Shown in pieces: positions 1-8,837 of a stretch of 64,000 nucleotides of DNA. Within the stretch, counting starts at the first letter, position 1. Each line of letters starts with the position of its first letter. The stretch comes from Terriglobia bacterium (GTDB taxonomy: Bacteria > Acidobacteriota > Polarisedimenticolia > Polarisedimenticolales > JAIQFR01). The stretch lies in the NCBI GenBank assembly GCA_963748015.1, contig CAVVHE010000005.1, forward strand, positions 160,001-224,000. Reading direction: 5' to 3'. The notes beneath the pieces were generated by a model. It was not told the DNA's origin. It was given only the letters and a program-made list of their open reading frames with translations, and made no database searches. Position numbers and translations under genes: made by a program.

Positions 1-1
1 G

Positions 2-1180
2 TGGCTGGCCTGCGGCACCCTGGCGCGGGACATCGAGGATTGCCAGATGCAGATGGTGGTGGTGAAACCTGTGAGCCGCTGGCAGATCTGGCTGGGCAAA
101 TGGCTGGGCATCGTTTCGCTAAACGCGGCCTTGCTGGTGCTCTCCAGCGCCTGCGTCTTCGCACTGCTGCAGTGGCGCGCGTCCAAACTGCCCGCCGAAC
201 AGCAGCGCGTCCTGCGCAACGAAGTGCTGGTCTCCCGCGGATCCGCCCACCCCGTCTCACCCTTGGGCGATATCCACGAGGAAACCGAACAACGCTTGCG
301 GGAACGACTGGCCGCCAACCCGGACGCCCAAGCCAACGTGGCCGAAGTGCGACGGCAGATCTTCGAGACGGTCAAGGCGGACCACCAGATCGTGCCGCCG
401 CGAACTTTTCGGTGGTGGCGGGTGGACTTCGGGACTGCGGCCAAGGCGTTGGAAGGCCGTCCGCTGCACCTGCGGGTCAAGTTCAACGCCGCACAACGCA
501 GCGCCTCCGGCACCTTCGAGGGCGTCTGGCAGATCGGGGTCCCGGACACGCCCCGGCTCTGGCAGAGTGCGCCGATGAGCCTTGCGCCGGATGCGTTCCA
601 TGAGATTGAAATCCCGCCCAACCTCATCGGAACGGATGGCGTGCTGACCATTGTGTTTCTCAATCTCAACCAGACGGCGCTGCTGTTTCCTGTCGAGGAC
701 GGTATCGAGGTGTTGTATCGACAGGGCGGCTTCCTGGTGAATTACGCCCGCACCCTGCTGGTGATCTTCTGCTGGATGGCGCTGCTGGCCAGCATCGGTC
801 TGGCCGCCTCCAGCTTCCTCTCGTTCCCGGTCGCCTCCCTGGCGTCGGTGTCGTTGCTCGTCCTGACCTTTTCCAGTGGCACGATGGCGTTGGTGGTGAG
901 CGAGGGGACGGTGATGGGACTCGGTGACTCCCCCAAGGTCATCGGCAGCTCCGTGATCGACACCCTGGCGGTGCCGGTGTTCAAGGTCCTGTTGAGCGTC
1001 ATTGAATTGGCCAAGGATTATTCGCCGATCGACGCGGTCAGCACCGGACGCAGCGTTTCCTGGGGCACGGTCGGGTCTGCGTTCCTGAAAATTGTGGTCC
1101 TGCTGGGCGGCGGCTTTGCGCTGGGCGGGATGCTCCTCTTCAGCCGGCGGGAAATGGCCACCGCGCAAGGCAACCAGTGA
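2..1180 (+). CDS. ABC-2-type transporter permease-like membrane protein (5' partial)
   Basis: Frame is open from the window edge. Contains a permease-type motif (LARDIED..MQMVVVKPVSRWQIWLGKWLG), an extracytoplasmic loop, several TM helices and a C-terminal FSRREMA. Confidence 0.7.
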   Translation, partial: WLACGTLARDIEDCQMQMVVVKPVSRWQIWLGKWLGIVSLNAALLVLSSACVFALLQWRASKLPAEQQRVLRNEVLVSRGSAHPVSPLGDIHEETEQRLRERLAANPDAQANVAEVRRQIFETVKADHQIVPPRTFRWWRVDFGTAAKALEGRPLHLRVKFNAAQRSASGTFEGVWQIGVPDTPRLWQSAPMSLAPDAFHEIEIPPNLIGTDGVLTIVFLNLNQTALLFPVEDGIEVLYRQGGFLVNYARTLLVIFCWMALLASIGLAASSFLSFPVASLASVSLLVLTFSSGTMALVVSEGTVMGLGDSPKVIGSSVIDTLAVPVFKVLLSVIELAKDYSPIDAVSTGRSVSWGTVGSAFLKIVVLLGGGFALGGMLLFSRREMATAQGNQ

Positions 1181-1187
1181 TCTGACG

Positions 1188-2720
1188 ATGGACAAGTTCC
1201 GAAAACCCATCCTGGTGCTGCTGGCAGCCGCCTGCCTGGTCGGGGCTGGAGGGGTGCAGCGGCAGTTGAACAAGGATCGGGACGCACTGGGATTGACCCG
1301 GGTTCAGCCGCTCGAGAATGCCCCGCCGGTGCTGGCTTTCACTACGGTGGCGCTGGGGGGATTTCGGGGGTTGATTTCCAACGCGCTGTGGATCCGCGCG
1401 AACGAGCTGCAGGAGCAGGGCAAGTATTTCGAGATGGCTCAACTGGCCGACTGGATCACCAAGCTCGAGCCGGGGTTCGCCCAGGTCTGGACCGTGCAGG
1501 CCTGGAACATGGCTTACAACATCAGCGTGAAGTTCAAGGACAACCCGCCCGGCGATTTCAGCGACCGCTGGCGCTGGGTGCAACGCGGCATCGAGCTGCT
1601 GCGCGACGAGGGCCTGCGCTACAATCCCAACGAGCCGCTGCTCTACGTCGAGCTGGCCTGGTTCTTCCATCACAAACTCGGGGACAATCTCGATGACGGA
1701 AACATGTTCTACAAGCAGCGCTGGGCCGAGGCTATGGCTGCCGTGCTCGGCAACACCAACCGGCCGAGCTTTGGTGTCCTGATTGATCCGCAAACCGATG
1801 AGGATCGCGTCCGGGCCAGGACCCTGCGCGAGCGTTACAAACTGGACCCCGCGCTCATGAAGGCTGTGGACGCGGAATACGGCCCGCTGGAGTGGCGCTT
1901 GCCGGAATCCCACGCGATTTACTGGGCGGCGCGGGGGATGAAGCAGGCGGCCGCCGACCCCGCGCGCTTCAACCGGGAGGAGATGGACCGGTTACGGCGT
2001 TCGATCTACCAGGCCATGATGCGGGCCTTCCAGCGCGGTCGGCTCATCAGCTACGGCGAGGGTCGCTTGTTCCAATTCGGTCCGAACCTGGACATCGTCG
2101 GCAAAGTCAGCACCACCTACGAGCAGTTGATGAACGAGGAGGACGTGAAGATCCGCGACGGCATCGCCACGGCCCACCGGAATTTCCTCGGGGACGCCGT
2201 GTATTTTCTCTACACCTACAACCGGGTGCGGGAAGCCCAGCAATGGTACGATTACCTGGCCAAACTGTATCCGGACAAACCGCTGCTGAGCCGTCCGGCT
2301 CCTTCCCTGCCGCGGGATCTGTCGCTGGATGAATACTGCTTTGAGCGGGTGCAGGAGGATCTGGGGGAAACGTCCCAGGTGCGGGTGACGGCCCTGCTGG
2401 AAGGCTTGGTTGCCAGCTCCTACATGAGCCTGGTTTTCGACAACGACGACCGGGCCGCCGGCTTGATGGCCCTGGCCGCCGCGTCCATCCAGCGATACAA
2501 CAAGGCCACGGAATCGGATGTCCGCACCGAGATCACGTCGTTGGAACAGATGCAGTCGCGTGTGCTCAAGCAGATGCTGGATCCGGAAACCGGGCTGGTG
2601 CCGGAGGCGCGCGCGCGGTTGCGCTTCAAGCTCAATCTCGAGGCCGAACGCCCCCCTGAACGGTCGCCAGGCACGAATGCACCTCCCGTCGGCGCAACCG
2701 GTAATCCGGCGGCTTCCTGA
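1188..2720 (+). CDS. Conserved hypothetical helical protein with N-terminal membrane anchor, co-transcribed with the permease
   Basis: ATG 7 nt after the upstream stop. Hydrophobic N-terminus and motifs LGGFRGL, WITKLEP, QAWNMAYNIS, RWRWV..GIELLRDEGL. Confidence 0.7.
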   Translation: MDKFRKPILVLLAAACLVGAGGVQRQLNKDRDALGLTRVQPLENAPPVLAFTTVALGGFRGLISNALWIRANELQEQGKYFEMAQLADWITKLEPGFAQVWTVQAWNMAYNISVKFKDNPPGDFSDRWRWVQRGIELLRDEGLRYNPNEPLLYVELAWFFHHKLGDNLDDGNMFYKQRWAEAMAAVLGNTNRPSFGVLIDPQTDEDRVRARTLRERYKLDPALMKAVDAEYGPLEWRLPESHAIYWAARGMKQAAADPARFNREEMDRLRRSIYQAMMRAFQRGRLISYGEGRLFQFGPNLDIVGKVSTTYEQLMNEEDVKIRDGIATAHRNFLGDAVYFLYTYNRVREAQQWYDYLAKLYPDKPLLSRPAPSLPRDLSLDEYCFERVQEDLGETSQVRVTALLEGLVASSYMSLVFDNDDRAAGLMALAAASIQRYNKATESDVRTEITSLEQMQSRVLKQMLDPETGLVPEARARLRFKLNLEAERPPERSPGTNAPPVGATGNPAAS

Positions 2721-2939
2721 CCAGGGGGGCGCACCCTGGGATCGTGAGACCAAGATCATCCTGGCCTGTGCTCACTTTCTTGCGGGTCTCCGAGCGCCGA
2801 CCTGTTGTCGGCTCATGACCGGACTATTGTTCACCCATCGGAGAGCCTCGCTGCATGATAGCACCCCGAGTAGCGAGCGAGACCGGCGTTCTGGATCGAG
2901 TGACGGTGCGGCTGGTCGCCGGGGATGAAGTCGGCCGGT

Positions 2940-3326
2940 TTATGAACTGCAGAAGGAGCGCAAGGCAACGACAGCGGACTCGCTCATCCAAAAGATTGAG
3001 TGGTTCAACCTGTTAGCCAGTGCGCAGACCGCCATCGCGCCCGAACGCTGGCTGGCCAGTTCGCGGGTGATAGATTTCGAGAGCTTCGACACCGACAGCG
3101 ACCGGACGCACCAGACTTCGTCCTCCCGCAGGGATTCGAGGGCGGATTCAGGCACGGTGATGACCGCGATGGAGTCGCCCAGCGCATTGAAGACCTCGGC
3201 GTTGTAGCCATCCTCCCGGCTGCCGCCGGGGGGGTGTTCCACCAACTTGCCGATGTCGCCGCGCCTGAGCCGTTCGGCAGGCAGGTCACGCGTCAGCACC
3301 ATGTCCTTGTAGAGTTCGAACTTCAT
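2940..3326 (-). CDS. DUF4926 family protein, copy 2 (C-terminal extension uncertain)
   Basis: VLTRDLPAERLRRGDIGKLVEH..GYNAEVFNALGDSIAVITV matches DUF4926 and is paralogous to 3338-3586. Confidence 0.7.
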   Translation of the reverse strand: MKFELYKDMVLTRDLPAERLRRGDIGKLVEHPPGGSREDGYNAEVFNALGDSIAVITVPESALESLREDEVWCVRSLSVSKLSKSITRELASQRSGAMAVCALANRLNHSIFWMSESAVVALRSFCSS

Positions 3327-3337
3327 CGCCAGGGCAT

Positions 3338-3586
3338 TCAGGCAACCGCCGCCATCGGACGCACCGTCAGGAGTTCATCGGCGGTGAGCGGCTCGATTTG
3401 AGATTGCCGCACGGTAACCACGTCCACCGATTCGCCCACCGCGTTGAACACCTCAAGCGTGTAGCCCGGCTCCTGCCCTGGGCGGCCAGGGTGCTGTTCC
3501 ACAACCGTTGCCACGTCACCCCGGCGCAGGCGGCGGGCGGGCAGGTCTTCGGCGAGGGCCACGCGGATGAAAAGGTCGTATTTCAT
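3338..3586 (-). CDS. DUF4926 family protein, copy 1 (putative immunity/antitoxin)
   Basis: VALAEDLPARRLRRGDVATVVEQH..GYTLEVFNAVGESVDVVTV. Overlaps the upstream gene by 4 nt. Confidence 0.8.
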   Translation of the reverse strand: MKYDLFIRVALAEDLPARRLRRGDVATVVEQHPGRPGQEPGYTLEVFNAVGESVDVVTVRQSQIEPLTADELLTVRPMAAVA

Positions 3587-3909
3587 GCTTTATCTGGTCG
3601 TAAGGTAACAAACTTCGTTTCGCCTGTCGCGTCATCTTTCATCCAGATACTCACAACGCGCAAGGCCCGGCCATTCGGCCCGGTGAGGCTGCCGCGAATC
3701 CTGTATTTCGGGCCGTATTCCGTTTCCTCAAGCAGTTCGGCGTCCAACGGAAGCAACTGCTCGCGCAGGTCACGCAAGAGCCGGTCGGCGTTGTCCAAAG
3801 TGTAAGCCGCCAGGGCCAGGAAGCCGGATTTGTCATCCTCCATGCGATAGCGCAGGAGGTATCCCGTCACTTTTCTGCGGAGGATGACCGTATCGGCAGG
3901 CAGTTTCAT
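3583..3909 (-). CDS. DUF6883 family protein (putative toxin/nuclease-like)
   Basis: KVTGYLL..DKSGFL..YG.KY.IRG.LTGPNGR.LRV.SIW..TKFVTL.P pattern, adjacent to DUF4926. Confidence 0.7.
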   Translation of the reverse strand: MKLPADTVILRRKVTGYLLRYRMEDDKSGFLALAAYTLDNADRLLRDLREQLLPLDAELLEETEYGPKYRIRGSLTGPNGRALRVVSIWMKDDATGETKFVTLRPDKA

Positions 3910-4094
3910 TCGCGCTTCACCTTCGCAGCACCTTGACCGCCCGCTCGACGGCGTTCAAGGCTGTTCTCCACTCTGCGTCCTGGCCCCTTGCGCCCTGGCG
4001 TTGATTCCAACTGAACCGTTTCGAATCCCCCCGAAAAGGATTGGACGGGCGCTCCGGGATTCGTAATGTCTGCGGGCAACGAAATTCCGAACCT

Positions 4095-5326
4095 ATGGGA
4101 ACCCGATCACATACACGAGTTGGCAAGAAGGCGCATGTGCGCCGGCGCGAAGACCTGTCCGAAATGCCCGACTGGATGAAGGAAAAGCAATGCCCGCACA
4201 AGAAGAAGTACATGGCGGGCAAACGCATCCAGCCCAAGAACCTGACCGGCAAGGAGAAGCTCACCTACATGGTGGACGAGGTGTTCCTCGCCTACAACTC
4301 CGCGCGGCTGCAAGGAGGCCTGCCAGCTGTTCGCCGACCGCATGCTCGATCCGGACGTGACCATCGGCATGAGCTTCTCGCGGCGCGCTCACCCCGGCCG
4401 GCCTGGGCTGCTCGAGCATCATCCCGCTCATCAAGGCCGGGTTCGTGGACTGGATCGTCTCCACCGGCGCGAATCTCTATCACGATCTGCATTTCGCGCT
4501 GAACTACCCGGTCCACTCCGGCAGCTTCAAGTTCGACGACACCGATCTGCGCGACAACGACCTCGTCCGCATCTACGACGTGGTGATTCCCTACTCCGAC
4601 GGCTTGATGGCCACGGATGAACTGCTGCGCGAGATGTTCATGCAAGCCCGAGTTCCAGAAGGAGATGGGCACGGCCGAACTGCATTATCTGATCGGCAAA
4701 TACGCCGCCGAATGGGAACGCAAGCACAAGCTCAAGGACGTCTCCGTGATGGCGGCGGCCTATCGCGCCGGCGTGCCGTGCTACACCAGTTCGCCCGGCG
4801 ACTCGACCATCGGCATGAACGTGGCGGGCGTGGAACTGCGCGGCAGCAAGCTGCGCATGAACCCGAGCATCGACGTGAACGAAACCACCGGCCTCGTGCT
4901 GGCCGCCAAGCGGGCGGGCGGCAAGAGCGGCGTGGTGCTGTGGGGCGGCGGCAGTCCCGAAGAACTTCATGCTCCAGACCGAGCCGCAGATCCAGGAAGT
5001 GCTCCGCATCAAGGAATTCGGCCAGGACTTCTTCATCCAGGTCACCGACGCGCGCCCCGACACCGGCGGCCTCTCCGGCGCCACGCCCGAGCGAAGCGGT
5101 GAGCTGGGGCAAGGTGGATCCCACCAAGCTGCCCGACGCCGTGGTGTGCTACACGGACACGACCATCGCCATGCCCATCTTCACCCACTACGCGCTGGCC
5201 AAGCACAAGCCGCGCAAGCTCAAGCGGCTCTACGACCAGCGCGACCAGGTTCTGAAGGCGCTGACGAAGGAGTATTTCACCCACAACAAGGTGAAGATGC
5301 TCGACGGCAGCGAGCCGGTGTTTTGA
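4095..5326 (+). CDS. Deoxyhypusine synthase-like protein (bacterial homospermidine synthase-type), split by several frameshifts
   Basis: Motifs spread over frames: [44 protein letters not shown], and EAVSWGK with the catalytic Lys. Confidence 0.85.
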
Positions 5327-5343
5327 ACGGGGCCGGCGGACTA

Positions 5344-5544
5344 TGGACTGCGCCGGCAGAGCGGCAGCGGCGACGGCGCTTTCGAAGGGCTTCGGGACGT
5401 TCGATTGCCTCCCGTGCCTGCCCAAAGCGGGGATCCGTGCTGTGACCTTGCGCCCCAAAGTAACAGGAGGCTCTCCATGAACTCCGGCTCGCCCTCACCC
5501 CTCCCTCTCCCCCCGGGAGCGGGTGCCCGCAGGGCGGGTGAGGG
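5344..5544. repeat. Composite REP-like palindromic intergenic repeats
   Basis: cgcttt/aaagcg arms (5377-5429), a ctctccatgaac motif (5471-5482), and a perfect ccctcaccc/gggtgaggg inverted repeat (5492-5500/5536-5544) with an inner gccc-gca-gggc hairpin. Confidence 0.6.
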
Positions 5545-5601
5545 GATTCGATCGGTCCCAGGCCCCAACTCGCGTTCAATCTTTGGCGGTTGTCCCTCAC
5601 C

Positions 5602-6740
5602 ATGAAAACCAAACAGCTCCAGTCCCTGGCCGCGAAGCACGGCACCCCGCTGGTCGTCATCGACCACGAGATCATCCGCCGGAACTACGCCGCATTCCGC
5701 AAACACCTGCCCAAGGTGCAGGGCTATTACGCCGTCAAGGCCAACCCGGCGCCGGAAATCGTCCGCACGCTCTACAAGGCCGGGGCCAGTTTCGACGTCG
5801 CCTCCCTGCCGGAGTTCATGACGGTCTACGAGAACATCCGCCGGCTGCCCAAGGCAAGCAGCAGGATTTCATCTGGGACAAGATCATCTACGCCAACCCG
5901 ACCAAGCCCAAGGAAACGCTGCTGGCCTTGGACCAGTACAAGCCGCTGGTCACCTTCGACAACCTGACCGAGCTCGAGAAGATCAAGCGGTTCGCGCCGC
6001 ATGCCGGGGTGGTGCTGCGGCTGCGCGGTGCCGAACACCGGTTCCCAGTGCGAGCTATCCTCCAAGTTCGGCTGCGATCCCGGCGAGGCGGTGGACCTCA
6101 TCCAGGCCGCGTTCCGGCTGGGGCTGGTGGTCGAGGGCATCAGCTTCCACGTGGGCAGCCAGTGCACCAATTTCCAGAACTTCGTCCAGGCCCTCAACGC
6201 CGCCGCGGCGGTCATGCAGGAGGCCCGGGACCGCGGCCAGGCACGAGATCAAGATCCTCGACATCGGCGGCGGATTTCCCGCGCCCTACAACGAGCACGT
6301 CAAGCCGTTCAGCGAACTGGCGCGGGTGATCAACGCCGAGATCGACCGGTTGTTCGCCCCGGACATCCAGATCCTGGCCGAGCCGGGCCGATTCCTCGTC
6401 GCCACCGCGGCCACCGCCATGGCCCGGGTCATCGGCAAGGCGGTGCGCGACGGCAAGCGCTGTTATTACATCGACGACAGCGTCTACCACACCTACAGCG
6501 GCATCATCTTCGACCACTGCCAATATCCGCTCAAGGCGTTCAAGAAGGGCAAACGCGAGGTCTGCGCGGTGTTCGGCCAGACCTGTGACGGCCTGGACGT
6601 GATTTCGCAGTCCGAACTGCTGCCCGAATCTGGAGATGGACGACCTGGTGTATTCGGAGAACATCGGCGCCTACAGCAACGCCTCGGCCACCTGGTTCAA
6701 CGGCTTCCCGCCGGCGCCGGTGGTGCATGTGAATCTTTGA
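5602..6740 (+). CDS. Fold-III PLP-dependent ornithine (Orn/Lys/Arg) decarboxylase, frameshifted
   Basis: YYAVKANP (PLP Lys), FDVAS, IIYANP.K, SSKFG, SFHVGSQ, LDIGGGF, AEPGRF, FGQTCDGLD, NIGAY, FNGF. Confidence 0.9.
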
Positions 6741-7172
6741 GCACGCCGCGAATCCACCCTCGACCCAGAGCGCAGGGGTTTCGAGCCTTCGGGCGGCGCC
6801 AATGTGGGCTTTACCAAACAGATAGTCCATCGCCCTCGGCGTTGAAGGCTCAGGCAATCTCCTCGGCTTGGAGCGGATGAAACTTGCGGCGCTCGTTCAT
6901 TTGGCACGCTTGAATCCAAGGTCATCAGACAGGGGTTTCACAGCAGGCGATCGCGATGGTTGACCAGGCGTTGGACTTTGCGATAGGAAAGGCCAACCCC
7001 TTAGCGCAGCCACGCGGCGGTGGCTTTGGCGACCGGGCCGATGGCCGCGTGGCGCATTTCGCCGGGGCCGGTTTGATGAACGGGCCGTTGGCAGTGTTGC
7101 ACCCCAGAAAGGCGGAGCGCATCCGCAACCACCCCCCCCGGCCCCGTCGAGGAGATCCGATGACTGTGCCGG

Positions 7173-8039
7173 GTGGGCACCCTTCGAGCCGAAGGTGTAT
7201 ACCAAAGTATGTCTGCCCGAAACAGGGAGGGATCAGGTAGCCTCTGCCCCGGTTGGCATAAGGGCGGTTTTCTTGAGAAAGGTGGCGTGGTGGAATCAAA
7301 AAGGGTGGGGAAATCTTCAGATCGGTTGGATTCAGGGTCCAACCAGCTCTTCTTAATGGGAGAGTTGGGGCATGTTCTGGCGCATGAGCTGGCTCAGCCG
7401 CTCAGTTCAATGGTGGGCAACGCCGCCACTGCGCTGCACTCGGCACGATCCTGCCCCCACCAAAGCTGCGGCAACACCGCGGTCCTGCAGGACCTCCTGA
7501 CCGAGTCGACCCGCATGCGCTGGGTGCTCCAAACCCTCCGCGCCCTGGCCCGCGGGCAGCCTCGCATGCAACCCCGGGTCGATTTGAACGGTTTGATCTC
7601 GGACATCGTGCAACGCCATTCCCGGAACAATCGGACCCGGCGTGTGGTCGTGCGCCGGCGACTGGGGGCCGGCTTGCCAGGTGTCTGGATGGATCCGATC
7701 CAAATGCAGCAGGTGATATGGAGCCTGCTCGACAACGCCTGCGACGCGCTCCTCGAGGCTGAAACTTCGCGTCCCACCATTGAGATCCACACAAGGGCTG
7801 CCGGTGACAAGGCGGTTGAAGTCGCGGTTTACGACAACGGGCCGGGAGTGCCTGCCGCGTTGCTCCCCCGGCTCTCCTATGATCTGGTGACCACAAAGGC
7901 GGGTGGAACCGGACTGGGACTGATCCTCTGCCGGACAGTGATCGAACAGCATCATGGAACATTGACAGCCGAGAACCACTGTCCCCACGGGACAACCATG
8001 CGAATCCGGCTCCCCATCCGTCAGGAGAAGACTTCATGA
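7173..8039 (+). CDS. Histidine kinase with HisKA + HATPase only (start uncertain, possibly ATG 7356)
   Basis: H-box AHELAQPL, N-box SLLDNACDA, G1 DNGPG, G2 GTGLGL. No TM, PAS or GAF domain seen. Confidence 0.8.
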   Translation: MGTLRAEGVYQSMSARNREGSGSLCPGWHKGGFLEKGGVVESKRVGKSSDRLDSGSNQLFLMGELGHVLAHELAQPLSSMVGNAATALHSARSCPHQSCGNTAVLQDLLTESTRMRWVLQTLRALARGQPRMQPRVDLNGLISDIVQRHSRNNRTRRVVVRRRLGAGLPGVWMDPIQMQQVIWSLLDNACDALLEAETSRPTIEIHTRAAGDKAVEVAVYDNGPGVPAALLPRLSYDLVTTKAGGTGLGLILCRTVIEQHHGTLTAENHCPHGTTMRIRLPIRQEKTS

Positions 8040-8680
8040 GTCTGGAGATGGGTGTGGTCTTGATTCTGGATGATGACCCGAGCGTCTGCAGGAGCCTTGC
8101 GCGTCTGCTCGGCGTCAATGGATACCAGACCCAGATAGTTGCTGACGCGTCCGAGCTGCTATCCAAACCGCCCGTCAAGAAGCCAGCCTGCCTGATCCTG
8201 GACTTGAAGCTGGGCAAGATCGATGGACTGGACCTCCTGCGCCAGATCGCCGACAAGGGTCACGATCACCCGATCATTGTCCTGACCGCCTACGGCAGCG
8301 TCTCCACAGCCGTTGAAGCCATGCGCCTTGGGGCGGACGATTTCCTCGAAAAGCCTTATGAACCGGATACGCTCCTGGCTTCCGTGTCCCGAGCCCTGGA
8401 ACGATCCCGGCAGGAAGCCTCCGCGCGCTCCGAACTGTCCAAACTTCGCGCCCGTGCCGCCCGTCTCACACCGCGCGAGCGCCAGGTCATCGAATTGGTG
8501 ACCCGGGGCATGCTCAACAAGGAAATTGCCGACCAACTCGGCCTGGCCGAGATCACCGTCAAGATCCATCGCGGCCGGGCCATGCGCCGAATCGGGGCGC
8601 ACAACGCCGTCCAACTCGCCCAACTGGCCGCGCTCATCAGTTTGGGCTCCGCGAAACCTTCTCCGAAACGCCGGTCTTGA
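8036..8680 (+). CDS. FixJ/LuxR-family response regulator (REC + LuxR HTH)
   Basis: ILDDD, CLILDL..IDGLDL, LTAYG, DFLEKP, LTPRERQV..GMLNKEIA..TVKIHRGRAM. ATGA overlap with the kinase. Confidence 0.93.
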   Translation: MSLEMGVVLILDDDPSVCRSLARLLGVNGYQTQIVADASELLSKPPVKKPACLILDLKLGKIDGLDLLRQIADKGHDHPIIVLTAYGSVSTAVEAMRLGADDFLEKPYEPDTLLASVSRALERSRQEASARSELSKLRARAARLTPRERQVIELVTRGMLNKEIADQLGLAEITVKIHRGRAMRRIGAHNAVQLAQLAALISLGSAKPSPKRRS

Positions 8681-8837
8681 ATCGGCTGCCCATCGTAGCT
8701 TCGCCGCTTGACCGGGTGCCCTAATGGGTGACTTCTGTTTTGCTGATGGCTGTTCACCCTGGGTCAGGCCCGCTGTTGTGGTTTGAAGTTGTCAACTCCG
8801 CTTGCACCCTGAGCGGAGCTTGCTAGCTTCGCGGTGA

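Noticed and set aside
2721..2739. Intrinsic terminator after 1188-2720
   Set aside because: A ccaggg/ccctgg hairpin is present but has no U-tract.
6901..6917. Sigma-54 promoter (TGGCACG)
   Set aside because: No TTGC at the required -12 spacing.
6897..7342. Short ORFs between the decarboxylase and the histidine kinase
   Set aside because: No recognisable domain or convincing start signals; cannot be supported.
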